NCBI GenBank assembly: GCA_963514005.1
Contig: OY740817.1
Coordinates: 6,696,001 to 6,760,000 of the forward strand
Length of the DNA: 64,000 nt
Direction: 5' to 3'
Source: Raja brachyura
Taxonomy: Eukaryota
This document shows, in pieces, positions 51,092-64,000 of this stretch; positions within the stretch are counted from its first letter, which is position 1, and each line of letters starts with the position of its first letter. The notes beneath the pieces were generated by a model. It was not told the origin of the DNA and made no database searches. It was given only the letters and a program-made list of their open reading frames with translations. The position numbers and the translations under genes are program-made.

Positions 51092-52849
51092 CTGTGGAAA
51101 AGAAGAAATGTACATGAATCAAAATATTAATTCACACACCACAACTTTTACCAGAACTGACTCGGGTCCCTACCATTGTCTGAAGCGACAGAATGTTGTA
51201 TGTGCCTTGCTGCAGGTAGTCAGTTGCTGCTTTATTTTCTTTGGAAAAACTGAACAGGTATCCCCTCGATTTCTATGGTCTTCAATTTTACCAGTATTCC
51301 TTGACGCACAATTACATCTTAAAAATTGCTTTATCTAACTACTTACATCTGTGATGATTGACCGAAAATGTTAACACTTGTTGCTTATTTCAGGCTGCTT
51401 GATTTGCATTGTTGCGCCGTTTCATTTCAGATTTCCAACATTGGTAGTAATATACTGAAGTACATCTTGGTGAAAGTGCGCAGGAATAATTACAGAAACC
51501 AATATTCTCCCAAACTTAAACAGGTGGGATATGAAAGGGAACCAACAAGACAGAGATAAATCAATTCCACTGCTCGAGCTGCTTTGAACTAGCAATGCAG
51601 TTCTAAAAACTCGGGTGCTTCGCTGGCGATGTTACAAAGCACAGGGCGGTGGAAATTTTCCACAAGCAGGTGATGCTAGATAAAATATTAATTTTAAATA
51701 TGAACCAAACTGAATTTTGTTAATCAAAGGTATTAAGAGCTTTATGTAAATGGCAGGTAGGTGGAGTAATGTGATGGATTAACCAAATTCCCGTTGAATT
51801 ACAGACAAGGTTCATGGGGCAAATCACCCCCTCCTGTTCCCATTTTTAACAGTATAGTGGCACAGCATAGACTATAAAAGGACAAACTCCATTTCTATAA
51901 CTACAGATTGGTCATCTTTTTTGTAATCGGCATTTTACACCTCCATACTAACCACCAGCTACTTCGCTGCAAGCAACATTCAAAATGTTACTGATCATTC
52001 CAATGTGCAATTTCTAAAGCATACCCGTCTACCATCTTTATTGCCTCAATCAATGCTAACACTGATTTCTGTCTAGCCTTCACACATACCAATACCACTT
52101 CTCAGCACACTTCTATACTCCCAATTTTAAAACATAATCAGTACACCCTCTTCAATATACTTCCAAACTAGCTGAAACCATAGGCATCCTAATTTCCTGG
52201 ACTTTATTTTGGAAAAAATAATAATTCAAGGCCACGTACCTATAAAAATATAGGTGAAAACACAATTTGATCCTGGGAGGTATTAGTGCACATTAGAATA
52301 AAAATTATAATCAAATAATTCATAAATCAGTGGCCATGAAAAAGTTCAAAATTATGTTTAACAGAGGCATGCAAATCAGCAGATGCCGAAATCTGGAGCA
52401 TCAAAATTAAAAAAAATCAAACTGCTGGAGACACTCAGCAGGTCAAGCGGCATCTGTGGTGGCAAAGGGATGGTCGAAGTTTCGGGCCGCGACCCTGCAC
52501 ATGGATCTTGATCCAAAATGTGCAGAGTTCCGCCAGCACTTTTGTTTTTTGATTTATTTTGAGGACACATAATAGCCCTGTGTAATCAGAATTCATACAA
52601 ATCTATGGCAGTCGTTTATATTACCAACACACTCAATGTACATTATTGTTTTAAAAAGAAACATTCTCAAGAACACTTACTATCACAATTTAAAAAAAAA
52701 GCCCAACCCAGGAGTTAAAAAAAAAAATCACGTTCAATCCAAAAAATCTGTTGAACCAAGATTTATCTAAATTTGGCCTTGAAATTACATTGCTTCAAAC
52801 TAACTCAAAATGTGGCTTGTAATATTTAGCCACATTGTCAAAACCTCTT

Positions 52850-53180
52850 CCACTGGGTGGCGCCAGTAATGGCTGCCTCGCCAACAGCCTGTCTGTCCCT
52901 TCCTTTTTTGTTGTTTTAATAGTGTGTGTTAATTATGTCTTAGAGCTCTTCAGCTTTGATCGCCCCGACGAATGGTTCGACTGCCCCGACCGAATAAAGA
53001 GGGAAGAAGATTGGACTTTATTGCCTCCCATCACAGTGAGGAATGCGGCGATTCGCTGTGGTGGGTGATTACGTTAACTTATGTAGTTGTGTGTCTTGTT
53101 GCTTTTTGTTTAGTATGGCTGTATGGTAATTCGAATATTACTGTACCTTAATGGTACGCGTGATAATGAAAGACCTTTGA
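52850..53180 (+). mobile_element. Shorter relative of the 34465-35190 element
   Basis: GGC(T/A)GCC...GCCAACAG.CTGTCTG head; ACTGTACC...GTGA.AAT tail like the 37170 LINE. Confidence 0.6.
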
Positions 53181-53405
53181 AAATAGCATGCAAGGCTCAT
53201 TATGCACAATGATATAGGAAATTCCTAAAGCACCCACTTGCCCTGTAGCCTTTATGCACCGTAATCCAGTTTAATATGACACCCCAGTAAATAAACTGAA
53301 CAAATGCAGGCACCCATAATAGATTGTTCAAGATTTATATAGAACTTTAATCCTATGGATCACTTGTGCCATGCTTTTGCAGACTTTAAAAGCAGGTAGA
53401 CTTAC

Positions 53406-53519
53406 ACTGCTGATTACGCTTATCCCCAGCATTTTTCAACGGTAGACAAACAGGACAGTCGTGCCTCGTACAATTTTTCCAATGGGAGATGATCTGTCGT
53501 GATGAAGCACAGTGTGCAA
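53406..53519 (-). CDS. EP300: EP300 exon 5 (TAZ1)
   Basis: AG/GT flanks, 114 nt, [37 protein letters not shown]. Confidence 0.97.
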
Positions 53520-53982
53520 CTGGAAAGGACCAGCAACAAATACAAAAGTTAGAGCAGACAAAAATGTCAAACAGAAAATATAACAAAATCAGAACTCCAC
53601 ATTCAAAAGTGATTTAAAACAACAGTTCTAAACTCTAGATACCTCAACTAAATCACCACAGAAATTCCACTCTTTGCTACAGCAGGTGGTAATAACAGGA
53701 TGGAATGTAATCACAGGTCAACTGCAACAGAAACAGGTTCTTCATAAGTTTGACCTGGTGACTTCGATGAGCATTTAGCATCATCATGTGCCAATGGAAG
53801 TAACTACACAAAATGTTTGAAGTACATTTTAGAGGTAAACAGTGCAAAAAATTTTTTTTTTTTAATTTTAAAAATCCAAGACTACGCTAAATGATTCGAA
53901 ATAGAGTTCATGGAATTTTGTGCATCTGAAAAGTGAGACAAATCCCTAATAATTTTATATTACCAGTTCAGTCCATACTCAC

Positions 53983-54238
53983 CCTGACAAGATTTGCCAG
54001 CCTGACAATGCGTCATGTGATTGAGGACATTCTTCATAGTCCGGCAATGTGGCAAGTTGCAGGGTCGTACCTCACCATTTGCTTGCTCCCGACGCTGGCA
54101 TTTGTGTGCATGCAAAAGCAGAACCAGCTGCTGCTGGATAAGTTTTCGTTTCTCTGGATCTGCTGTGGGTGCAGAACCCATCCCTTGCCCTGGAGGCTGC
54201 CCAATTCCTCCTTGTTGCACTGGAGAAGGTTGCTGTGG
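53983..54238 (-). CDS. EP300: EP300 exon 4 (TAZ1)
   Basis: AG/GT flanks, 256 nt, [61 protein letters not shown]. Confidence 0.96.
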
Positions 54239-54330
54239 CTTTGGAAAATAAAACATTATTAATATTACACCTTTAACCTGAACAGGATATACTGAGATAC
54301 AACATGGAAATGGACCCTTAGGCCCACCTA

Positions 54331-55970
54331 CAGTGCCCTCCATAATGTTTGGAATAAAGACCCATCATTTATTTATTTTCCTCTGTACTCCACAATTTGA
54401 GATTTGTAATAGAAAAATAAAAATCACATGCGGTTAAAGTGCACATTGACAGATTTTAATAAAGGCCATTTTTATACATTTTGGTTTCACCATGTCGAAA
54501 TTACAGCAGTGTTTATACATAGTCCCCCCTCCCCATTTCAGGGCACCATAATGTTTGGGACACAGCAATGTCATGTAAATGAAAGTAGGCATGTTTAGTA
54601 CTTTGTTGCATATCCTTTGCATGCAATGACTGGTTGAAGTCTGCGATTCATGGACATCACCAGTTGCTGGGTGTCTTCTCCAGTGAGGCTCTGCCAGGCC
54701 TGTATTGCAGCCATCTTTAGCTTATGCTTTATTTGAGGGCTAGTTCCCTTCAGTTTTCTCTCCAGCATATAAAAGGCATGCTCAATTGGGTTCAGATCAG
54801 GTGGTGGACTTGGATACTCAAGAATTGACCATTTTTTAGCTGTGAAAAACTCCTTTTTTGCTTTAGCAGTATGTTTGGGATCATTGTCTTGCTGTAGAAT
54901 GAACCGCCGGCCAATGAGTTTTGAGGCATTTGTTTGAACTTGAGCAGATAGGATGTGTCTATTCACTTCAGAATTCATTATGCTACTACCATCAGCAGTT
55001 GTATCATCAATGAAGATAAGTGAGCCAGTACCTTCAGCAGCCATATATGCCCTGGCCATTACACCCCCATCACCGTGTTTCACAGATGAGGTGGTATGCT
55101 TTGGATCTTGGGTAGTTCCTTCTCTCCTCCATGCTTTGCTCTTGCCATCACTCTGATATAAGTTAATCTTCATCTCATCTGTCCACAAGGCCCTTTTCCA
55201 GAACTGTAGTTGCTCTTTTAAGTAACTGTAACCTGGCCATTTATTTTTGCAGCTAACCAGTGGTTTGCATATTGCAGTGTAGCCTCTGTATTTCTGTTCA
55301 TGAAGTCTTCTGCGGACAGTGGTCATAGACAAATCCACATCTGACTCCTGAAGAGGGTTTCTGATCTGTCGAACAGGTGTTTGGGAATTTGTCTTTTTCA
55401 TAGAGAGAATTCTTCTGTCATCAGCTGTGGAGGTCTTCCTTGGCCTGCCAGTCCCTTTGCGATTAGTAAGCTCACCAGTGCTCCCTTTCTTCTTAATGAT
55501 GTCCCAAACAGTTGATTTTGGTAAGCCTAAGGTTTGTCTGATGTCTCGAAGAGTTTTATCCTTGTTTCTCAGTCTCATAATGGCTTCTTTGACTTTCATT
55601 GGCACAACTTTGGTCCTCATGTTGATAAACAGCAATATAAGTTTTGAAAAGTGATGTAAAGACTGGAGGAAAGACTAGGTGCTGAGTGCTCTCTTATATC
55701 TGCATGAAGGAGGTAATTAAACACACCCGAGCAATTACAAACACCTTTGAAGCCATGAGTCCCAAACATTATGGTGCCTTGAAATGGGGGAAGACAATGT
55801 ATAAACAAAGCTGTCATTTTTACATGGTGAAATAAAAAATATATAAAAACGCCCTTTAAAATCTGACAATGTGCACTTTAACTATATGTGATTATTTCTA
55901 TTACAAATCTCAAATTGTAGAGGCAAATAAATAAATGATAGGTCTTTGCCTCAAACATTATAGAGCACTG
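54331..55970 (-). mobile_element. Tc1-family transposon (IR/DR type), full length
   Basis: TA at 54329-54330 and 55971-55972; ~230-bp TIRs with the internal direct repeat CCATAATGTTTGGGAC. Confidence 0.95.
54595..55635 (-). CDS. Tc1 DD34E transposase (open frame, probably inactive)
   Basis: HTH region, GRPRK, WTDE, QQDNDPKH, PDLNPIEH; 34 residues between the second D and E. Confidence 0.85.
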   Translation of the reverse strand: MLFINMRTKVVPMKVKEAIMRLRNKDKTLRDIRQTLGLPKSTVWDIIKKKGSTGELTNRKGTGRPRKTSTADDRRILSMKKTNSQTPVRQIRNPLQESDVDLSMTTVRRRLHEQKYRGYTAICKPLVSCKNKWPGYSYLKEQLQFWKRALWTDEMKINLYQSDGKSKAWRREGTTQDPKHTTSSVKHGDGGVMARAYMAAEGTGSLIFIDDTTADGSSIMNSEVNRHILSAQVQTNASKLIGRRFILQQDNDPKHTAKAKKEFFTAKKWSILEYPSPPPDLNPIEHAFYMLERKLKGTSPQIKHKLKMAAIQAWQSLTGEDTQQLVMSMNRRLQPVIACKGYATKY

Positions 55971-56099
55971 TATTCCGCACCGACCAGCGATCGCACTGTA
56001 CAGCGACACTTTCTTACACGCTAGAGACAATGTACAATTTTACCCAAGCCAAACCTATAATTATGCACGCCTTTGGAGTGTGGAGAAAACTGGATGTTA

Positions 56100-57290
56100 T
56101 AGTGCAATCAGAAAATTATAGGACAATCAGGAAGAATCAAGAGTTTTATGAAAGGTAAATTATATATGGCAAATTTTCTAGGACTCTTTCAGGATGTAAC
56201 AAACAGAATGGATCAATAACCGGCAGACATGGTGCATTTGAATTCTCGGTAGACATTCAACAATGTGCCACAAATGATTACTTTGCAAGGTAAGTTGAAA
56301 TGATGTTGCAGGTGTAATATATTGGCACAGAAGTGACTGATAGAAGAGATCAGGATAAATGGGTCAGTTTCCAATTGATAAATAACAAGCGGAGTGCCAT
56401 GTGGAGCAGCTTGGATGTCAACTACTTACAATCAATATTACTAATTTAGATGATGGGACTGTGCAGACTACATCCAAAGTTTGTGATGATACAAAGGTAC
56501 TTGGCAAGTTGGGGGATTGGGGGCAACACAAAAAGCCTGCAAAGGCACACAGTTAGGTTAAATGAGTAGTTGATAGGGGTGCATAATGTTGGAAGATGCA
56601 AGGTTGTCCATTTTGGAATGAACAAAGAAAAAGCTAATTATTATTAAATAAAGCGAGACAGCCAAATGTTACAATATAAAGAGATCTGGGGTTCCTAGTA
56701 CACAAGACATAAAAGTAACATACAAGTAATTGGGAAGGTTACTAGAACGTTGACCTTTATTGCAAGGGATGGAGCATAAAAGTAGACTAATTTAATGCAA
56801 CACTTAGGCCCTGGTGAGATCACATCTGGTGAACTGCATGGAAATTATATTTCCTTTTTTAAGGAAAGTGATACTTGCACTGGAAGCAATGGTGCGAAGA
56901 TTAATTCTGGGATAAAGGCTTTAATGTACAAATAAATGTTTAGCCTATACACAGTATGAGTGATGGTTGACAGGGTAAACGCTGAAAGAATGCATGCCCT
57001 CTTGGGGTATCTAGAATGAGAGGATAAGGTTTCAGAATAATGGTACTTCATTTCAGAGGGAGATGAACAAGAATTTCTTCCCTCTGAGAGATATGATTCT
57101 TTGGAATGTCTACTCCAAGGAGCTAAGGAGATTATTGAACATATTCAAAGTGGATCGACATACACTTGAACTACAAGCAATCGAGGGTATAGGGAGAAGG
57201 GTGGGAAAGTGACGTGGGGACCAAGATCTGATTAGACATGGAAACAGGCAGGCTTGGCCTATTCATCATGTCCTTATGTCTTTATCATTC
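56100..57290 (+). mobile_element. Old decayed CR1 LINE
   Basis: Degenerate RT-region and 3' motifs similar to the 41905 copy; boundaries approximate. Confidence 0.65.
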
Positions 57291-57521
57291 TTCATTACAC
57301 ATATGTAACTATAACCAGAAACAACATAGGAAATTCAGTCATAATCCTCATCAACCCTACATTAAAAGGGAATCATGATTTAAAAAAACTTTGAAACATC
57401 TATTCTGACATTCACTCCCTTCTACATTTTTATTGTTAACAAGGATGACCAAACTTAAACTCAACAAATCATGCATTGAGGAAATATGACTGTTAAGTTA
57501 TGTGCACCCATCAACACTCAC

Positions 57522-57692
57522 CAGGTTTGGCATCCCCACACTGCCAGCAGGTTTCTTCTCCATTGTAAACTGAGGCAAGCTGTTCCCTAGACCACCTTTA
57601 TTCTGCTGGCCAAGTCCACTGCTACCCAGTGTCTGACTGGCATTCTGGCCATAAGGCTGCCCATAAGGATTCGGGGATCCCATCATTCCCAT
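57522..57692 (-). CDS. EP300: EP300 exon 3
   Basis: AG/GT flanks, 171 nt, MGMMGSPNPYGQPYGQN...NSLPQFTMEKK...GMPNL. Confidence 0.92.
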
Positions 57693-58838
57693 CTAGAAGT
57701 AAACAAAATAGAATTAGTTATATTATACCGACTCGTGCTAATGCAACATTTTCTTGGAACCTTTATAGTAACCATTCAAATATACTGGGGTGATTGGGGG
57801 GGGGGGGGGGGGGGGGGAGGGAGGGAGACACACAGACTAATTTTGAAGATAGATGGTATTGGATCAAGATGCTTTTGAATACATACCAGTTCTCTTGAAG
57901 ATGACATTTTCAAAGTATTTCAGACAAATTAATTGTTAGAGAATTGTCGGTTGACCAACCAATAGGACTTTAAAAAGTGTACATAATTTTATAACAGATG
58001 TATTCTCACATTTGGTCAGGATTGTTCTACATGGTGTACAAGATGTGGAGAATGATTCTGAGATTTAATGAGTAAAATTCGAGTGGTTTAACTGCAAATT
58101 TCTTTTTAGATGGTCTTTTACTCTAGCTCTTAAGGGCCTCCAGTGGCAGAAAACAAATACTGCATTACAAAGTGACACAAAATCTTACAAACTATGATAA
58201 TTAGCCAAAGATACCATTAAAAAAAAAACTTGTCCTGGCTGAGTATGTGAATATATATAGATATAGGGGGAGGGGGAGGGGTAAAAATCTGAATATGCCC
58301 TGATCTAGTTCCTAAATAAGGAAGCTTCTACCCTATGTCAAAATGAAAACATGAAACTTTTCTAAGAAATGTTAGGAATGAAGTTCATTCCAAGTTGCCT
58401 CGTCAAAATTTCTTATACATGCTCGATCAGCACCTGAACAGCATTAATACAATGGCCAATTTGATTCAAAATACCAGACATTTCTGTATGCAGTGTTAAT
58501 GACTTTCATATCAGAAGTTACTGAAGATTTTTTTTTTTATTTATTTTTTTTTAAAGCCAGCTAGCCGACTTTAGTTTGTTCTCTACATATTACTGTAATA
58601 TAATTGAGTTACTAAGGCACCACTGCAGCTTCCCATATAAGGAAGCTGGCACAGGATCTCATATTGTTTACTCCTCAAATAAATGCACAGGTGAAAGCTA
58701 CAAATCACCATTTTTGTTGTCAATTAAAATTCACTTATAGTATTTTCTAACCTACATGTTGCAAAGGAAAACTACGGCAGGGTTTCACACACTACTTTTA
58801 AAATTCAGAATTGTATGACCTGACATCAAGTCACCAAA

Positions 58839-59008
58839 GATAGGCATTAAAAGCTGGAGTAACTCAGCAGGACAGGCAGCATCTTTGAAGAGGAGGAATG
58901 GGTGAAGTTTTGGGTCGAGACCCTTCTTCAGAGATGCTGCCCGAGTTACTCGAGGTTTTTGTGTCTATCTTCGGTTTAAACCAGCATCTGCAGATCCTTC
59001 TTACACAC
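58839..59008. mobile_element. Inverted doublet of Penelope-derived repeats
   Basis: CAAGTCACCAAA duplicated at 58827-58838 and 59009-59020. Confidence 0.7.
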
Positions 59009-61645
59009 CAAGTCACCAAACTGGAAATGGTACCCATTAGAGCCAAATGCTTTCAGGATTAAATTATCGGGGTTCTTAAATCAAAGGCACCTTGTAAATA
59101 AAAGGAGGCAAAGTAAAACAATGGCATTGATTAACCATTACGAAATGAATGTTAAAAAAAATATATAGTAACTTGGTCATGGACCTTCTTCATTTTGATC
59201 TTTCACTCCCCCTTCCCCTCCTCAATTTTACATTAATCCAAAGTGTGAAATCACCTGTGTTACAAGAATGTATTTGGAAATATGCGGTGGCATTACAAGC
59301 ACTCTCATGATGGTCATCACAACTTATTCTTTGAAGTTATGATGATACTTTCCAACTCTGGTGACAAACAACACATGTACATTTTATCTGACACCAAGTC
59401 ACCAATCTGGCAATAGTATCTGCCGGTCAAATGCATTCTGGATTAAGATTCACATTTCAAATGCCCTCTGAAATTGCAATCCATGCAGAAAAAGCAAAAT
59501 CAGAATACTTTAGGATTTTTACAATTTAACTTAAAAATCAAGGGTGCTCCTACTGGGAATGAGCAGAACTAAAAATACAAAAATAATTTCATTTAACATA
59601 AATCCATATTAATAACATTACAGAAGGGAACATTTTGGGGCTCTCTAAAGTAGAAAATATGAGGGCTAGTTATAGGCAGAGACGTCAGAATCTTTGACCA
59701 TTTTTCCAGCTGTTGAATGTGTGCATTGCAAAAATATTTGGAAAAGGGAGAGTTAATAAATAGCATTTGAAGTGTCACTGACAACTTACAAGCAGTATCA
59801 AAGTGGTTGTATTGAAGTAAACAAACGTATTTGCATCATTCAAACTTACCACTTCAATAGATACTCAAAGTATTTCCCTTCTGACTACTAAACCACGACC
59901 ACTTATTTTGCCCTCAATTCGCTGATCACTTTACTACTGTCATGCTTCACAATTTCTCATGGGAATGCAGATAAAATAACATTAGAGAAACTTGCAAATC
60001 ATTGGTGGAGGGGAAGTAAACCCTGAGCAATTGGAAGAGGAGAGTTGGAATGGGAAGAAAGAGAGAAAGAACATGCTTGTAAATATAGACTGCAGATATT
60101 TCAGACAGAAGTTCATTTATCAGATTTGGGTGCTGCTAACAAAGTCCACATTTATTGTATCAGCCTGTCTTTGAAAGGTGGTGAATCCCGTTAAGCTACT
60201 GCAGACTATATGGCGAGAGTTCATCTATGATGCTACTTAATAGATAGTAGAATAATCAGCCAACAAAGGAAGTTCAGTATTACCAGTTTCCTGCTTTTGA
60301 GAGTTTGGAAGGAGTAGTTAAATCTTGTTAAGTTGCTGCAGTGCATCTTACTGCAACTTACCAAATGGTGGAAATGAACACTAAGTGGTGGACAATCAAA
60401 CAGAGCACTCTGTTCAAAATGGGCCCCAAATGCTTTTACAACTGCAGGCATTAGGATATGTGAAAAACATTATTTTACACTCTTGAATGATGCACAGTGG
60501 ATGGCATGAAACCGTTAGGAATCAGAGGGCAGGTCATTCGCCACAGAATCTGATCTCTTGTATAGCCACTATATTAATATGACAGGCCAGTTACATTTCT
60601 GATCAATAAGATCCAAGGGATGTGTACATAGCCGTACTATAAATTGAATGGGTGTGATCAGTGTCTTGTTGGAGCAATTACTGGCTGGTACCTATGTTGT
60701 GTAAATATTTGCCATATACAACAGCATCACATTGTATATGCGGCCAAAGCCACCAAAAAGTGAAAGTAGACATGATGATCAGCAGATTCCAATTTGTGAC
60801 CATACGTTATAGGAAAAGGTCATTGGTAAAACAGCTGAAGACAGTTAGGCATATGGTATTAGACTGTGGAACTCCGAAGTTTGTTAAAATCGTGTGGGGG
60901 GGGGGGGGGGAGAAATATTTCAAATAACCGGGTGGAAAGATGCATTACTTAGCACATGGATTCCATTGTTAATTTGTGCATTCAGAAGGCGGTGAACCAT
61001 TGGAATGTTCTGCACCAGAGGGCTGTGGAGACTCAGCTGCTACATTTATTCAAGCAGAGATTGATTTCTGGACATTGAGGCAAATAGTGCACAAAACATC
61101 TTGGTGGCAAGTGGAGTACCTTTTTAAGGGTTGAATGGACTACTTCTGCGCCTATCCCTATATTTAGATAAGATTCTTTACTACAGATTGTGTGTTTACT
61201 TGACACCTAAAAGTGCCCAGCTTTTGCTCGATACTTCATTCAACTGGTTTTCCTCACATGAGCTCAGATAACGAACGATGGATCAATGTAATGACACTTT
61301 AAAAGATGAGCAAAATTGATGACAAGATAATAGAAGACAATCACAGAGGTTAATTTAGAGGAAAAACTGTGTAACTTAACCATATACTCAAAACTTATTT
61401 AACATGGGGAGGTAGGGCGGACTGCAGAAAATGCAGTTTAGTTAGATCCTGTCCATAATACGGAAACACTTCTGAGGTACTTGGAATATCACGGCAGAGA
61501 GCCTGGTTAATTTGTCACTATTCATCATAAAATGTACACATTACAAAATTCTGGACATTACTTTCTAATCTATAACCCAGAACAAAACAATAATATTGCA
61601 AAAGTAGGATATGCATTGGACAGTAATTGCCTTGTACTACTCTAA

Positions 61646-62365
61646 TGGGGCTGTCCCATTTAGGCAATTTTTCAGGCGACTGTCAAGTTGCTGACAGTCG
61701 CCTGAAAAACCGACGACTGGAATGGCGACTGTCAGAGTGGAACACACACATCGCCTTCTTCACCAGCCCGTTATGCAGGAGGGGGAAACAGGCAAGCGGG
61801 GGGAGCGCTGTCTGAGTGAAATTCACACAGTTCAAAGCCACGGTGATACAGAAACACACCACGATGAACAGGAAGGTTGGCGCTGTAATTAAGACAGCTA
61901 AACAACGGTGTACGGTAAGTCCTTTAAAAGGGGGGGGGGGGGGGAAAGAGGGGGGGAGGAGAGAAGGAGTGGGGACAACTTTTAAGCCAGAGATATACGG
62001 CTGTGAAGTTCGGTGGACATTAACATTACTGGTTGGTAATCGGTTCTGAAAACTACTGCTTTCGTTTTTTTCCCCTAATGTGCCAATGAAATTCACTAGT
62101 CAGCACCAGCTACAACCTACAAGAACCTTTGACCTCCTGGCAACCCACCTACGGCATGAGAATTCTGACTACTCTCCATGGCGGCCTCACCGCTGAATTT
62201 TTCAACATGCTAATTTTTTTAAATTTGCGGCGACCATAATGAGGTTGTGACTAGTTCCCAGAATGCAGGAACTCCTCACGACCATGAAGGCGACTCTCCG
62301 GCAACCATCCGCGAACATGTGGCGACTGCATGGTCTCCTGCAGTCGCCCAAGTCGGACAGACCTT
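61646..62365. mobile_element. Harbinger-type non-autonomous element
   Basis: Imperfect 20-bp TIRs related to those at 18747 (CTGTCCCA core); TAA flanks. Confidence 0.65.
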
Positions 62366-62904
62366 TAAATGCATGAACAGATTAACGGAGCTGAAGCTAA
62401 AATCTCCTGTTAACATTACCTTAGATTGCAGACAAAAGTGCACATGCTGGGGAGGGAGGGGGAAAGGAGAACAAAATGACCCGATTTTCTTGAACTGCAT
62501 AGACAACAGATGGTGCTTACACCTCGGCATAACAAAGGGGGGGGAAAGGAGCTGGGCCCCGTGCTGCACAACAAACAACCTGTTAAGCCAAGCTTCAGAC
62601 TCGTGTTCTGACATTCATGTTTAAGGAGAAACTTAGAAATTGTTTAAGGAAAAACTTAGAAATTGTCATCCTTTAGAACCATCAATCAGAGCGCAACTAT
62701 ATTGCCTTCATTTACACGACTTGACTAAAACTAAATTTATATAAGCAATTTCATTCTCTCTCCATAAAATGACAGTCAAGCTACTGCAGGTATAAATCAT
62801 AACTTCCTTCAAATTTACAAAAAGGCAAATAATTTAAACAGTACTACATATGCTAAAGCAAATATTTTGAACAGTTAAATTATTAATAGCTTAAAGTGAT
62901 AGCT

Positions 62905-64000
62905 TCTTAATGGGAATTGGAAGAGCAAATATGTAAGGAAATAGCAGATAATAGTAGTAAGCACAAGGTAGTGATTGTGGAAGATTTCAATTTTCCAAAA
63001 ATAGACTGGGAAACACATTCTGTAAATGGGCTGGATGGTTTGGAGTTTGTAAAATGTGTGCAGGATAGTTTTTTGCAGCAATACATAGAGGTATCAACCA
63101 GAGAAGGGGCAGTGCTGGACCTCCTGTTAGGAAATGAGGCATGTCAGGTGACGGAGGTATGCGTTGGCAAGCACTTCGGGACCAGTGATCACAATATCAT
63201 TAGTTTCAATATAATTATGGAGAGAGTCAGAACTGGACCTAGGGTTGAGATTTTTGATTGGAGAAAGGATAACTTTGAGGGAATGCGTAAGGATTTAAAA
63301 GGAGTGAATTGGGACATGTTGTTTTATGGGAAGGATGTAGAAGAGAAATGGAGGACATTTAAAGGGGAAATTGTAAGAGTACAGAAACTTTATGTCCCTG
63401 TTCGGTTGAAAGGAAATAGTAAAAATTGGAAAGAGCCATGGTTTTCAAGGGAAATTGGACACTTGTTTCGAAAAATGAGAAATATCTACAATAATTATAG
63501 GAGGCATGGAGTAAATGAAGTGCTAGAGTATAAATAATGTAAAAAGAATCTTAAGAAAGAAATTAGAAAGGCCAAAGAGGTTGCTTTGGCAAGAAAGGTG
63601 AAAGTAAATCCAAAGGGTTTCTACAGCTATATTAATAGCAAAAGGATAACGAGGGATAAAATTGGACCATTAGAGAGCCAGAATGGGCAGCTATCGGCAG
63701 AGCCAAAAGAGATGGGGGAGATATTGAACAATTTCTTTTCTTCGGTATTCACCAAGGAGAAGGATATTGAACTCTGTGAGGTAAGGGAAAAAGTAGAGTA
63801 GCTATGGAAACTATGAGATTCAAAGAGGAAGTACCGACACTTTTGAAAAATATAAAAGTGGATAAGTCTCCAGGTCCTGACAGGATATTCCCTAGGACAT
63901 TGAGGGACGTTAGTGTAGAAATAGGAGCTATGACAGAAATATTTCAAATGTCATTAGAAATGGGAATAGTGCCGGAGGATTGGCGTACTGCGCATGTTGT
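62905..64000 (+). mobile_element. CR1 LINE ORF2 fragment (APE end and linker), runs off window
   Basis: VIVEDFNFPKIDW, TREGAVLDLLL, HFGTSDHNII, NPKGFYSYI, KSPGPD. Confidence 0.92.

Noticed and set aside
6922-57692. Calling the gene CREBBP
   Set aside because: C-terminus TLDIL, GCPICKQ, KTSKNKSSLSRGNKKKPGMP, IERAYAALGL and the KIX start match p300 better as recalled; synteny is not visible to confirm.
57693-64000. EP300 exons 1-2 or promoter
   Set aside because: No matching coding sequence or CpG-island promoter seen; this stretch is intron 2.

Overview
Vertebrate genomic DNA, most likely from an elasmobranch (skate/ray/shark) judging by its repeat content (HE1-like V-SINEs, CR1 LINEs, Penelope-type short repeats). 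The window holds 29 coding exons of EP300 (p300 histone acetyltransferase) on the minus strand, equivalent to human exons 3-31. All have GT-AG boundaries, and they encode TAZ1, KIX, bromodomain, RING/PHD, HAT, ZZ, TAZ2 and the Q-rich NCBD tail, followed by an ~870-nt 3'UTR. Exons 1-2 lie beyond position 64000. The introns contain three Tc1/mariner elements (one with an open 346-aa DD34E ORF), two Harbinger-type MITEs, a ~920-bp foldback element, CR1/RTE/Rex-type LINE remnants and many SINEs. The most notable non-coding signal is a family of ~100-bp Penelope-derived insertions with target-site duplications. Their 5' ends carry a minimal hammerhead-ribozyme core (CUGANGA-stem II-GAAACGUC), and several occur as palindromic doublets. 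No prokaryotic-type system (e.g. CRISPR) is present. Comparisons with human EP300/CREBBP come from recalled knowledge, not from a search.
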